DNA of 64,000 bases, taken from Escherichia phage vB_Eco_F27. A program made the translations under genes and the position numbers. The notes beneath the pieces were generated by a model. It was not told the DNA's origin, did not search any database, and saw only the letters and a list, made by a program, of their open reading frames with translations. This document shows positions 9,175 through 18,378 of the stretch, piece by piece. Where the stretch lies: sequence record OP870146.1; one strand, given 5' to 3'. Position 1 is the first letter of the stretch; each line of letters begins with the position of its first letter.

Positions 9175-9669
9175 TTAATTAAGGATATTAACCACAGCAC
9201 TACGTGGAACTACACTAAAATCACCTGCATGAACAACGTTCAGAAGTTCAACACCGTCTTCAATCCACTGGTCGGTTACCCATCCACTCACTGGTCCTGC
9301 AAACGGACGTCGAATTGAAACAGCTTTACACAACAAATCAGTAGGCTCAATAGGCTTAATCAGAGTACCGTACATACAAGCGATATCCATATCAATACAG
9401 ATGTCTTTAACGGGTTCTACTTCTTCAATCAACAGTTCAAAGTCGGTGCTTGGAAGGGCGGTAGTAGAAATTGTACCATATGAATTTTTAATTTCTAAGA
9501 ATAACCAAGGGCCTTCAGCTTGTTTGATGAAGTTAACAATAGTGAAACTATTACCTTGAGTGGCACCTAAAATTTCACAAAACTTTTCATAAGCTCGCAC
9601 TGAAGCACCGTACCAGTTGATTTGTTTTTCGTCTTTCAGGATGTAAGTAGCCGTAGTATTGATATTCAT
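9175..9669 (-). CDS. hypothetical protein, tandem paralog family member 3
   Basis: GWVTDQWIEDGVELLNVVHAGDFSVVP motif related to paralogs 1-2. Confidence 0.55.
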   Translation of the reverse strand: MNINTTATYILKDEKQINWYGASVRAYEKFCEILGATQGNSFTIVNFIKQAEGPWLFLEIKNSYGTISTTALPSTDFELLIEEVEPVKDICIDMDIACMYGTLIKPIEPTDLLCKAVSIRRPFAGPVSGWVTDQWIEDGVELLNVVHAGDFSVVPRSAVVNILN

Positions 9670-9700
9670 AATGTTTTTCCTGTTTGGTTAAGATAGAAAG

Positions 9701-9730
9701 ATTATACTCCAACCATCCTTGGTTGTAAAC
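9701..9730 (-). promoter_or_regulatory. early promoter with hairpin in spacer
   Basis: GTTTAC aaccaaggatggttggag TATAAT; about 40-bp cassette nearly identical to 52264-52304. Confidence 0.6.
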
Positions 9731-9735
9731 TGATT

Positions 9736-10413
9736 TTATCGCTGTTTTACACTTAACGGGTCAGGATTCTCAGGGACATCTTCAAGGCCAAGCGCATAAC
9801 GCTGAGCATATTTTAACATCAAAATATCTTTAGCACAATCATGAATACTATCATGGGCAACGAATCCTTTTAGCGTACCCATCGGTAATGGACACATACT
9901 TAATCCTCGTGTCAACGAGTAAGCTTCGATTGCCGTACGAATATCGCGTTGAGCCCAGAATTTAACAGGTTCTAATTTATCAGTATCGATCTCTGGTTCA
10001 AGAACACCTTCATCACGATAGAGGTCACGAATCAAATCGACCAAGATCGGGAAGTCAAAGCTCATACCACGGCACCACATCTGTGATTTCCATTGGTCAA
10101 CTTTATTAGCTCGGCAATAGTCTAAAAAGATTTTAATGCCTTCAAGCGTAGTGACATCGTCTTCAGACGGAGCCAAGTTTTTACGCGCTTCTGCCGACTG
10201 TTCTTTCCACCATTTCATAGTGGATTTAGCGAAAACTCGCTTCCCTTTCTGAGAAGCTAAATTAAATTTAATTCGCTTACCTCGTTGAACAAGTTCTTCA
10301 AATGATTCAACAACTTCAGGGTCGGAATTATATGCAATAACCGCAAGGTCAATAACAGCCGCTTTTGATGTATTGCCGAATGTTTCAAAGTCTATAATAA
10401 CATCAGTGCTCAT
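9736..10413 (-). CDS. dexA: exonuclease A (DnaQ-like 3'-5' exonuclease)
   Basis: MSTDVIIDFETFG...AVIDLAVIAY N-terminus matches recalled T4 DexA; synteny upstream of dda. Confidence 0.8.
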   Translation of the reverse strand: MSTDVIIDFETFGNTSKAAVIDLAVIAYNSDPEVVESFEELVQRGKRIKFNLASQKGKRVFAKSTMKWWKEQSAEARKNLAPSEDDVTTLEGIKIFLDYCRANKVDQWKSQMWCRGMSFDFPILVDLIRDLYRDEGVLEPEIDTDKLEPVKFWAQRDIRTAIEAYSLTRGLSMCPLPMGTLKGFVAHDSIHDCAKDILMLKYAQRYALGLEDVPENPDPLSVKQR

Positions 10414-10422
10414 AATTTTCTC

Positions 10423-11736
10423 TCAAATAAAATGGACGTCAAAACGACCACGAGTCGTGCCGACATACAATAACTGTTTAGCTAATTCTGAATCGGCATA
10501 ATGGATACACGGTGTATAAACAAAGGCCGTGTCAACAGACATACCCTGGGCCTTATGGAAGGTTGATACAGGTAGTGCCTTCACCTTAGTGAACATACGT
10601 TTAGCATCCCAGAACTCGCTCCATGGAGCTTTACCACCTTTATTCCAGAATTTGTATGTTTCTGCGGTCTTAGCCAAAAACAAATTGAATTTATAAAGCT
10701 CTTCTTCAGAAGAAATAACCTTTATATCTTCGCGGATGTATTCTTCATCATCCCCATATGTTTCTACTGTAAGATTCCAGTATCGTATCATATATTCGCC
10801 TGAAACACCGCGTGCTTTAACGAATGTAGACGTTTCTACAGCATCTCGAATACGAACGAATTGCCCGTTATTGAAAAGCATTTCGGTCATATTTTTGCCA
10901 TCTAGTTTATATGTCTTAGTAAATGGCTCTTGTAGAACAATGACTTCGTCTTTAATAAATGGTTTTTCTGTTTCAAGAAGTTTTCGGCGAATAATTGAAT
11001 TTAACTTATCCACCGACTTATTTGTGAATGCCATCATTCGATTTTCGAAAAGGTCTTCAGGAGTTTTAACGACATTAAAATAGTTCATCATATACGATTT
11101 AAGGTCTGTATATCCGTGAACACCGTGTCCATCAACTACTTTATCGTAAATCCATTTGCCATTACGAATATCAGTCGCAACATCAATAATTGGTGCATTG
11201 CTACGTTTAACTTCTGTAAGGTCGCATTGCACGAAGTCTTTGTGAGTGAAGAAAGGACTTAGATACGCAGTTGATTCGCCTGGGTCCACCGGTCGAATCT
11301 GACATCGGTCGCCAATTCCAATTACTGTACACCATTTAGGGATACTAGCTAACATTATTTTAAACAGAGGACGGTCGCACATTGACGCTTCATCAAATAA
11401 CAGTACACGACACAAGGCTAAGTCGGGAACCTTTTTCTGTTCAAACAATACGTTTTCTTCGTATGTAGTTGGGTTGATTTTAAGAATGCTATGAATAGTC
11501 GATGCTTCTTGACCTGCAAGTTTGCTTAGAACCTTTTTAGCAGCATGTGTAGGGGCTGCTAAAATAATACCTGATTCTCCAGAAGAAATAAGGGCTTCAA
11601 CGATGAATCTAGTAAGGGTTGTTTTACCTGTACCAGCAGGTCCATTAATAGTTACGTGATGTTTCTTTTCTTTAATAGCTTTCATAACAACATTGAAGGC
11701 GTTTTTCTGGCCTTCGGTCAAATCATCAAATGTCAT
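10423..11736 (-). CDS. dda: Dda DNA helicase (SF1B)
   Basis: 437 aa, MTFDDLTEGQKNAFNVVMKAIKEKKHHVTINGPAGTGKTT Walker A; near-identical N-terminus to recalled T4 Dda. Confidence 0.92.
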   Translation of the reverse strand: MTFDDLTEGQKNAFNVVMKAIKEKKHHVTINGPAGTGKTTLTRFIVEALISSGESGIILAAPTHAAKKVLSKLAGQEASTIHSILKINPTTYEENVLFEQKKVPDLALCRVLLFDEASMCDRPLFKIMLASIPKWCTVIGIGDRCQIRPVDPGESTAYLSPFFTHKDFVQCDLTEVKRSNAPIIDVATDIRNGKWIYDKVVDGHGVHGYTDLKSYMMNYFNVVKTPEDLFENRMMAFTNKSVDKLNSIIRRKLLETEKPFIKDEVIVLQEPFTKTYKLDGKNMTEMLFNNGQFVRIRDAVETSTFVKARGVSGEYMIRYWNLTVETYGDDEEYIREDIKVISSEEELYKFNLFLAKTAETYKFWNKGGKAPWSEFWDAKRMFTKVKALPVSTFHKAQGMSVDTAFVYTPCIHYADSELAKQLLYVGTTRGRFDVHFI

Positions 11737-12044
11737 CGTAAAGTCCCTGCAATTGGAATACTAACAATACGGCCAGTATCTAGAATTCGTTGATACAATC
11801 TTTGCGTCTCCGCATCTAGTTTAATGTGTTTCATTTCAAGCTTATTAAACCAGAACTTACGCGGAGTTTCGACCATTCTTAGAACTCCCATTTTTAAATC
11901 TGTTTTATACTGTGTTTTCAAAGTATCGAAAACTTTATCTGCAATATCCTTTCTAAAAAATACTGCAGGACGATATTCATCAAGAGGAACAGGGACAGTA
12001 AATCCTTCCATATCTCGATAAACTATTGCATATACATAAACCAT
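11733..12044 (-). CDS. hypothetical protein (dda.1 position)
   Basis: 103-aa ORF overlapping dda start by 4 nt. Confidence 0.5.
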   Translation of the reverse strand: MVYVYAIVYRDMEGFTVPVPLDEYRPAVFFRKDIADKVFDTLKTQYKTDLKMGVLRMVETPRKFWFNKLEMKHIKLDAETQRLYQRILDTGRIVSIPIAGTLR

Positions 12045-12046
12045 AA

Positions 12047-12793
12047 TTAACCTTTAATCAGTTGGAATAATGATGCGCTAAGTGGTAAGCCACGTTTCAA
12101 TTTTAATTTACCAATGAAACCAATCTTTTCAAAACGTTGCAAACCTTGGATAACTTTATCATATGTATCGAAAAGCGATTCAGCGTCAGTTAATTTAGTT
12201 TTAGTTTTCCAGTCAGAGCCTTTAAGAAGAACGTTGAGTTTAGTAAGTTCATGTCCTTCTGCTTGATGTGAGCCATTAATGCGTGCTTTCAAAGCAACAA
12301 TTCTAAGTTTAGATTCGTTAGATAAAGGTTGATTTTTCAACATGTTCGCCATATGCTTAACACGATTTTCACGTTTTGCTCGGATTTTTAAAATAGTATC
12401 ATAAACCTTTTTAATTTGGGCCCATTTCTTCTCGTCGAGATTAAGTTTCTCTACTTTACGGGCAGAAGGATTAGCGATACGTCTTGCAATGGCATCGCGT
12501 TTCTCAATAAGTTCTTCTAATGTTAAATCAGAACGAGCCGTGTTATATTTTTTCTTAACTGGGATAACATTACCTTTAATGTAGCCTATATCATTATTAA
12601 AACGTTCTAAGGATAATTTCTCACCTTCAACAGAGTTATTAAAAGATTCACCTGAGTAAGCGCAGACCTTTTGATCAAGAATGTTTTTAAGGTAATTAAA
12701 GTCTAAGTTAAAATCCTTAGAGCGTCTCTTCGCAGAAGCTCTGGTGTGGTCAAGACGACGATTGATTTTGTTAATTTTATTATTTGATAACAT
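12047..12793 (-). CDS. hypothetical basic protein, Srd-like by position
   Basis: 248 aa, lysine/arginine-rich; located between dda and modA-like genes as srd is in T4; assignment by synteny only. Confidence 0.45.
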   Translation of the reverse strand: MLSNNKINKINRRLDHTRASAKRRSKDFNLDFNYLKNILDQKVCAYSGESFNNSVEGEKLSLERFNNDIGYIKGNVIPVKKKYNTARSDLTLEELIEKRDAIARRIANPSARKVEKLNLDEKKWAQIKKVYDTILKIRAKRENRVKHMANMLKNQPLSNESKLRIVALKARINGSHQAEGHELTKLNVLLKGSDWKTKTKLTDAESLFDTYDKVIQGLQRFEKIGFIGKLKLKRGLPLSASLFQLIKG

Positions 12794-12840
12794 AATATTT
12801 TCCTCTGTCTTACGGACGTTAGGTCATTTAGCTGATAAGC

Positions 12841-12869
12841 TTATAATATCATGCCCTCAGGTAGTGTAC
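12841..12869 (-). promoter_or_regulatory. early-type promoter
   Basis: GTGTAC-N17-TATTATAAGC upstream of Srd-like gene. Confidence 0.5.
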
Positions 12870-12946
12870 ACTCTTTTTTTCGTAAAATGCTTTAATTTTT
12901 TATGTGTTATAATGGTTCTGAGTTCCATCCGGTTATTCCAATTCAG

Positions 12947-13555
12947 TCAGTAACTTACAATAGACAGATTCCAGATTGTATAACGTCCATCCTGAATAAT
13001 AGAATCTACACGCAGTGTAGTCCCTATAGGGAGCATAAATTCACATTCGTCAGATATAAGTCTAGCATTAGACCTTCTTGTCGCTTCAGGGAAAGCTCCA
13101 TTGAACTCACAAGATGGCGCAGCCAGAATCATGTTAAGCATATGTTCACGGAAGTTGAAAGCAAATGGCGCATCTTTGATGCAGAACATATTAAATGTTC
13201 CGTAAAAATTATACGAAGCAAAGTTACGTGCTACACCGAACACTGGGCTGAAGCTCATTACTCTGTCAAATTTAATAATACTACCAATGCCTTTATCATC
13301 GAGTGTGGCCATAGTTTTCTTAGAGATTCCACGATACATTGTCTCAGGAACAGAAGACGTCCAATTTCTACGAACGATTGAACTTAACTCCTGTTGAATA
13401 CAGTCTGGCTTGTTTTCCATACACTGCCAAAGGATGCTTTGTTCATTATCGTTGAATTGACTATCAATTTCGTACTGCAATACATCTTGATATTCGGGGT
13501 TTTGAGCACGACGAACCATTTCTTCAATTTCACACTCGTTATACGGCATAAACAT
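12947..13555 (-). CDS. modA: ADP-ribosyltransferase, ModA-like
   Basis: R-S-E ART signature (MYRG ... SFS ... ECEFMLP); paralog of next gene; synteny. Confidence 0.65.
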   Translation of the reverse strand: MFMPYNECEIEEMVRRAQNPEYQDVLQYEIDSQFNDNEQSILWQCMENKPDCIQQELSSIVRRNWTSSVPETMYRGISKKTMATLDDKGIGSIIKFDRVMSFSPVFGVARNFASYNFYGTFNMFCIKDAPFAFNFREHMLNMILAAPSCEFNGAFPEATRRSNARLISDECEFMLPIGTTLRVDSIIQDGRYTIWNLSIVSY

Positions 13556-13612
13556 TTAGGTTTCTCCTGTGGTTGATAAAGGTATAGTATCATCATCGGA
13601 AGAGTTTGTACA

Positions 13613-14194
13613 CTAAAAATTCAACATTTTCAAATGAATGATTTTGTATAACCGAGATAAAGGGTCATATTCTAAGTCTTCAATTTCTACAATCTCAAAT
13701 CTAGAGATACCTGAGACCATGTACTCTTGTTCAGATTCAATCATATCTAGGACGTCAACACGCTTTTCTTCCATAACATGCTTAGGGTTCTTTCCGGCGA
13801 GTACAATGTTAATCATGTTTTGGTAGTAATCAAAAATGAATGGAGCATTCCTGAGACTAAGAATAGTGTACGTCTGATATTCCCATCTCCCAGAGAATTG
13901 ACGAGCTGTACTGAAATCAGTTGTGAACGATGTTACTCGTCCAGGAGACCAATGGCATCCAACAGAAAGAAGGGAAAGACGTTCTACTTCTTCTGGAGTT
14001 ACACCACGGTAGAGTTCTACTGGTACTGTAGAAGTCATATGCTTACGAACAAGATGGTCTAATTCATAGTGGAAATCTGGGTCTTCCTTAGAATCAGTGC
14101 AAGCCCAGAGAATGTTTTGTTCTTGGCGGGTGAATTTGCTATCAATCAGATTTGTTAGGTATTCACGTTCTTGAAGTTCAGATTGACATGTCAT
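13613..14194 (-). CDS. modB: ADP-ribosyltransferase, ModB-like
   Basis: R-S-E signature (LYRG ... SFT ... ESEQEYMV); paralog of preceding gene. Confidence 0.65.
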   Translation of the reverse strand: MTCQSELQEREYLTNLIDSKFTRQEQNILWACTDSKEDPDFHYELDHLVRKHMTSTVPVELYRGVTPEEVERLSLLSVGCHWSPGRVTSFTTDFSTARQFSGRWEYQTYTILSLRNAPFIFDYYQNMINIVLAGKNPKHVMEEKRVDVLDMIESEQEYMVSGISRFEIVEIEDLEYDPLSRLYKIIHLKMLNF

Positions 14195-14220
14195 GATAGA
14201 CCTCCATTTAAAGATAAGCC

Positions 14221-14250
14221 TATCATAACACGAGAGGAGGGAATGTAAAC
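14221..14250 (-). promoter_or_regulatory. early promoter, spacer complementary to SD
   Basis: GTTTAC attccctcctctcgtgt TATGATAGGC; spacer CCTCCTC vs 5'UTR GGAGG. Confidence 0.55.
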
Positions 14251-14401
14251 TACTTTTTAAGCTTTCCTACTAAAGGTCCATCAGGGACAGGTTGTTCTAA
14301 CATGAATAACGATGCTTTAAAAAGCAATGTCAACCCTTTCACCATTCGATACCATGTCTCAAAGTCTTTTTCCTTGATTTCTAGTAAGAATTTCTCTTTC
14401 A
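14248..14401 (-). CDS. small hypothetical protein
   Basis: 50-codon ORF (MKEKFLLEIKEKDFETWYRM...) not in track; ATGA stop-start overlap with upstream gene. Confidence 0.35.
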
Positions 14402-14587
14402 TTTCCAAGGACTCCATGGTGGAGGGTCATCATAATAAGAGGCGAGGTCTTTCAGGACATCTAATGGTAAACTAAAGCCGTGTCGTTGTATAATACTATC
14501 TAGTTCATCAACAAGTTCACTACGATGCACTTTAGGAGCCTCAACTTCAGGCTCGTCAAACATACTCATAAGGTCCATATTATTCAC
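14399..14587 (-). CDS. hypothetical protein
   Basis: 62-aa acidic ORF. Confidence 0.4.
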   Translation of the reverse strand: MNNMDLMSMFDEPEVEAPKVHRSELVDELDSIIQRHGFSLPLDVLKDLASYYDDPPPWSPWK

Positions 14588-15044
14588 CTAAATAAAAACT
14601 AGGCTGCTCGGAGAATGTTTCTAGCGTTACACCTTTTGTCTTAAAAAATTTCCAAATAGCTCGTTGCAAATGGATTAAATCTGCTAATGATGTAATAAAG
14701 TATTTTTTGGCAAAATACATATGGTCTCGATTTTCAAACAGGTCTAAACGCTTTTCAGGATTCACATAAACAGCATTTTCTGTAGATTCATACCCTAAGT
14801 CCTTTATGCCTTCTTCAAGACTAAACGGAGAATTTTTAGAATGAGTAATAGCTCCAACTCGCTCTACACGAATTTTGTAACCTTTAGGAATCTGCAATTT
14901 GCAGAATTCTTCTACGATATATTGCGGATTATTTAGACTTTTGTTAATGAGAATAGCTATTTCTAGTGGAGTCTTATCTTCTACTGGTATATGTTTAAAT
15001 GACTTGGCTTCAAGCAAATACATTTTAAATAACATAGCATCCAT
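14580..15044 (-). CDS. hypothetical protein
   Basis: 154-aa ORF. Confidence 0.5.
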   Translation of the reverse strand: MDAMLFKMYLLEAKSFKHIPVEDKTPLEIAILINKSLNNPQYIVEEFCKLQIPKGYKIRVERVGAITHSKNSPFSLEEGIKDLGYESTENAVYVNPEKRLDLFENRDHMYFAKKYFITSLADLIHLQRAIWKFFKTKGVTLETFSEQPSFYLGE

Positions 15045-15223
15045 TATAATTTCCTCGATGGTTCACCCATATAAAGTTTTACAATACGTTCGCCTTCATC
15101 TTCGACGAGTTTTTCTTCATGTTTCTGGAATTCTTTAGCCATATTCTCTTCAAGAACATCTAACCAATCTTCTGGTCCGACTCCATCATTCCAGCTTTTA
15201 AACCATTTTACTATTCTGTTCAT
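15044..15223 (-). CDS. small hypothetical protein
   Basis: 59-codon ORF (MNRIVKWFKSWNDGVGPEDWLDVLEENMAKEF...) not in track; TAATG overlap with downstream gene. Confidence 0.4.
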   Translation of the reverse strand: MNRIVKWFKSWNDGVGPEDWLDVLEENMAKEFQKHEEKLVEDEGERIVKLYMGEPSRKL

Positions 15224-15408
15224 TCGCAGCTCCCTGAGTCCGAACTACAATCAGAATAACTTGAACCAGAATCTCCAGACCAGGATGATACGTAAGAATG
15301 ATTATAACTTGAAGAGCTTGAAGCAGACTTAGGACGAATAACTTCTTCCATCATGCCGTCACCAATATATTCCCAACTTTTTTCATGTGTATCAGGAATA
15401 TGCATCAT
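15220..15408 (-). CDS. small protein with Ser/Gly-rich C-terminal tail
   Basis: Start taken at MMHIPDTHEK; C-terminus SASSSSSYNHSYVSSWSGDSGSSYSDCSSDSGSCE. Confidence 0.4.
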   Translation of the reverse strand: MMHIPDTHEKSWEYIGDGMMEEVIRPKSASSSSSYNHSYVSSWSGDSGSSYSDCSSDSGSCE

Positions 15409-15421
15409 ACCTTCGCCTGGT

Positions 15422-15649
15422 TTAACAACAAATAACTTCTTCAGCATCGTAAGCATTAATTGTTCCTCGAACAAAACGAACACCACCATCATCCCAACGG
15501 ATTTCGGCATTAAATTTGACGTCTTCACCATCCATCATGAATGAGTGTACGACTACATCATCGTAATATCCAAGACCGTATTTCAACGAAACTTCTTGAG
15601 CAATCAAAGCACCTAATGTGTTATTAGGTTTAATCCAACGATTTAACAT
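15422..15649 (-). CDS. hypothetical protein
   Basis: 75-aa ORF. Confidence 0.4.
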   Translation of the reverse strand: MLNRWIKPNNTLGALIAQEVSLKYGLGYYDDVVVHSFMMDGEDVKFNAEIRWDDGGVRFVRGTINAYDAEEVICC

Positions 15650-15710
15650 AATGTTCTCCTCTTGAGTAAGTAAGAATATCTTAACATAGTTTTTAGTGGA
15701 TGTAAACTCT

Positions 15711-15740
15711 AGAAACGAAAAAAGGAATCCTTCGGGATTC
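15711..15740 (-). terminator. rho-independent terminator after soc
   Basis: AGGAAUCC-CGAA-GGAUUCCU then UUUUUCGUUU. Confidence 0.65.
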
Positions 15741-15750
15741 CTTAAATTAT

Positions 15751-15987
15751 TTAACCACCTACTTCCGTGGGTGTGAACATTGCTTTGTTCTTAGTACGCC
15801 AATCTGCTGCGTCAGTCACCACAGTAGTGTAAGCAGCTTTTTCGGACGGGAAAGTCTGATAATGAGAATCTGCAATCCGATGTTCGTTTGAATAAATCTC
15901 AAACGGAACAGAAACTTCCATACCTTTAACTTCTTTGCCTTCACCAGCAGGATGCGTAAAGGTTTTGATGTTTACATAACCACCCAT
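15751..15987 (-). CDS. soc: small outer capsid protein Soc
   Basis: GYVNIKTF...HYQTFPSEKAAY matches recalled T4 Soc; followed by terminator. Confidence 0.85.
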   Translation of the reverse strand: MGGYVNIKTFTHPAGEGKEVKGMEVSVPFEIYSNEHRIADSHYQTFPSEKAAYTTVVTDAADWRTKNKAMFTPTEVGG

Positions 15988-16032
15988 AATTAACTCCTTT
16001 GTTGTTTAATTACAGGTGTATTTATAACTTAA

Positions 16033-16554
16033 TTAGTAACCATTATCCTGACGTTCAAAGTTGTGTTGGTTTTTCAAGTAGTAAAGTTTGAAGATTTCTT
16101 CAGCAGAAAGACCCAGACCTTGGAACATGTTCAGAACGAAGTGCAGAATATCAATCATTTCGAATTTAATTTCGAGCTGGTCTTCAGGAGACAGTTCATC
16201 AATACGACGATTACGATATTCAGCATGTTGTGCTTTCCATGGCTTCCATACACTGCTGGCAGCTTTTTCACCGTTGGACATACCACCAAGTGAAGTCAGC
16301 AGTTCACGGAATTCATCATCAATATAATCTTTCTGATTACGCAGCCAATCAACAACATCGCCAGCAGTAGCCAATTCATCAGGATGTTTGTTATGTTCAG
16401 GCTTGTCATTTGCCAGACGAACCTGTAAAGATTTCTGCATATCAAGCATTACCTGCAGTGGGTCTTTATCTTCGTGAATCAGAGCATTAAAATAAGCTTC
16501 TTCTGCTTTATCAACACCAGAAATAAGTTGTGAACATTCGTTAAAGTGCGCCAT
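16033..16554 (-). CDS. 56: dCTP pyrophosphatase (dCTPase/dUTPase, MazG-like)
   Basis: MAHFNECSQLISGVDKA...DPLQVMLDMQ...IDDEFRELLTSLG...EIFKLYYLKN matches recalled T4 gp56. Confidence 0.9.
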   Translation of the reverse strand: MAHFNECSQLISGVDKAEEAYFNALIHEDKDPLQVMLDMQKSLQVRLANDKPEHNKHPDELATAGDVVDWLRNQKDYIDDEFRELLTSLGGMSNGEKAASSVWKPWKAQHAEYRNRRIDELSPEDQLEIKFEMIDILHFVLNMFQGLGLSAEEIFKLYYLKNQHNFERQDNGY

Positions 16555-16642
16555 TATTTTTCCTTTCAATTCAGTATAAGAGAGTTAATTCTAACATTAA
16601 TTTTATAAAGCATAATAAATAATAGGTAACTAAGGAGATATT

Positions 16643-16840
16643 ATGTTTAAACTTCCATTGTTAATCAACGCTATTAAAGGCAATAAAAAGAAAACTGCTA
16701 TCGCCGCAATAGTTGTAGGTGGCATTATTTCATGGAACTTTGGGATTGCACCATTGTTAGTTGCCCATGGTATTATAGTTCCTTCTGTTCCATTGGATAC
16801 TGTAGTTGATTTGGCCTTTGCTATTATAGGGCTTGTTTAA
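16643..16840 (+). CDS. small hydrophobic (membrane) protein, plus strand
   Basis: 65-aa ORF with strong SD (TAAGGAGATATTATG); predicted TM segments; convergent with primase gene. Confidence 0.45.
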   Translation: MFKLPLLINAIKGNKKKTAIAAIVVGGIISWNFGIAPLLVAHGIIVPSVPLDTVVDLAFAIIGLV

Positions 16841-17859
16841 ATCTTCGAATAACGAGATAATCTCATTTTAGCATGCAACCCACTTGAAATATTCTGTTTC
16901 ATATATTCTAAAATTTCTTGTGGTGTTGCATTTTCTTTTATTACCATATCATTCACGTCCTTTGATCTCCATGGAGCTCGATCCCAGAACATGACACGTT
17001 CGCCTGCATCAACTAATCGCTTCATGCGAGCTATAGTATCTGGATGCCTAGGTTCATTATCCATTACCCATACCCGACGTTCTTTAAATGGTACCACATC
17101 TAAATCTATCGAGCCGCCTGTAATAGCGATTGCATTGGGTATGAATAAACTATCAATAGGGCCTTCCATTACCCAGACGTCCCCTTCCTTAACACGTTCA
17201 ACACCATAAATTTTTGTTGCAGACTCAAACGCTTTAATAGTGATATATTTCTGAGGAGCATCTTTACGAAGTGCACGTCCTTGGAATGACTCAGCCTTCC
17301 CATCTTTATTAAAAATAGGAATCACTAAACGTGGTTCGGGGATCTCTTTCTTATACGTACCAGGTTGAATCTTGTTGACCAATTTAGGCCATTCTAACGT
17401 GAACCATAATCTGTTCCATGATTCTTTAGGAATACACCGAGACTTAACATATTTCACAATAGGATGCTCTTCAGGCAACTTGTCCAGACGAGAACAAGAC
17501 GGCAAAGAATTTATAGTCTTTTTCTCTGGCTCCGGCTTAGCTTCAGGAACCTTTTCAATCTTTGGTTCCATTCTAGCTTTTTCTTTACGAACTTCCATTA
17601 GATATTCGCGATAAAGCTCTTCATCATACTCTTTTAAGTATCCGGAAATTGTATTGTGGTATTGACAATTATAGCAATGTACATTACCAGGAGTACCGCC
17701 ATAATACCATCCGCGAGCTTTCATTGCATCTGTCTGAGAGTCGCCACAAACTGGACAACGAAACGTTAATTTAAATGTGCTTGAATTATTGATTTGTCTA
17801 AAACGAGGGAGGTGAGAAAACGCACGATAAGCAAATTCATTATCTATCCATTCAGCCAT
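16837..17859 (-). CDS. 61: DNA primase
   Basis: 340 aa; N-terminal zinc ribbon CPVCGDS...CYNC and Toprim region; size and synteny as T4 gp61. Confidence 0.9.
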   Translation of the reverse strand: MAEWIDNEFAYRAFSHLPRFRQINNSSTFKLTFRCPVCGDSQTDAMKARGWYYGGTPGNVHCYNCQYHNTISGYLKEYDEELYREYLMEVRKEKARMEPKIEKVPEAKPEPEKKTINSLPSCSRLDKLPEEHPIVKYVKSRCIPKESWNRLWFTLEWPKLVNKIQPGTYKKEIPEPRLVIPIFNKDGKAESFQGRALRKDAPQKYITIKAFESATKIYGVERVKEGDVWVMEGPIDSLFIPNAIAITGGSIDLDVVPFKERRVWVMDNEPRHPDTIARMKRLVDAGERVMFWDRAPWRSKDVNDMVIKENATPQEILEYMKQNISSGLHAKMRLSRYSKI

Positions 17860-18378
17860 AGTATTCTCCAGAGGCCTTAAATTAATAAGGCCATCATATC
17901 ACAACTTATTAATATTTACTTTAATTCGCTTTCTTTTCTTGGAAGGAATTTGTTCTGGACCTTTATTTACGACTGCACCTGTAGTTGTTCCTGATGCAAT
18001 AGCTTGAGGACTACCGCCTGAATCACCGGCAACCAGTACCGCCATAATACCATCCGCGAGCTTTCATTGCATCTGTCTGAGAGTCGCCACAAACTGGACA
18101 ACGAAACGTTAATTTAAATGTGCTTGAATTATTGATTTGTCTAAAACGAGGGAGGTGAGAAAACGCACGATAAGCAAATTCATTATCTATCCATTCAGCC
18201 ATAGTATTCTCCAGAGGCCTTAAATTAATAAGGCCATCATATCACAACTTATTAATATTTACTTTAATTCGCTTTCTTTTCTTGGAAGGAATTTGTTCTG
18301 GACCTTTATTTACGACTGCACCTGTAGTTGTTCCTGATGCAATAGCTTGAGGACTACCGCCTGAATCACCGGCAACCA
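17693..18378. repeat. perfect tandem direct duplication, 2 x 343 bp (17693-18035 = 18036-18378)
   Basis: Direct sequence comparison: unit spans the 5' end of gene 61, the intergenic region and the 3' end of the upstream gene. Confidence 0.9.
18023..18202 (-). pseudogene. duplicated 5' fragment of primase gene 61 (59-codon chimeric ORF)
   Basis: Second copy of primase start MAEWIDNEFAYRAF...CPVCGDS...WYYGG runs into duplication junction and stops after TGCR. Confidence 0.6.
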
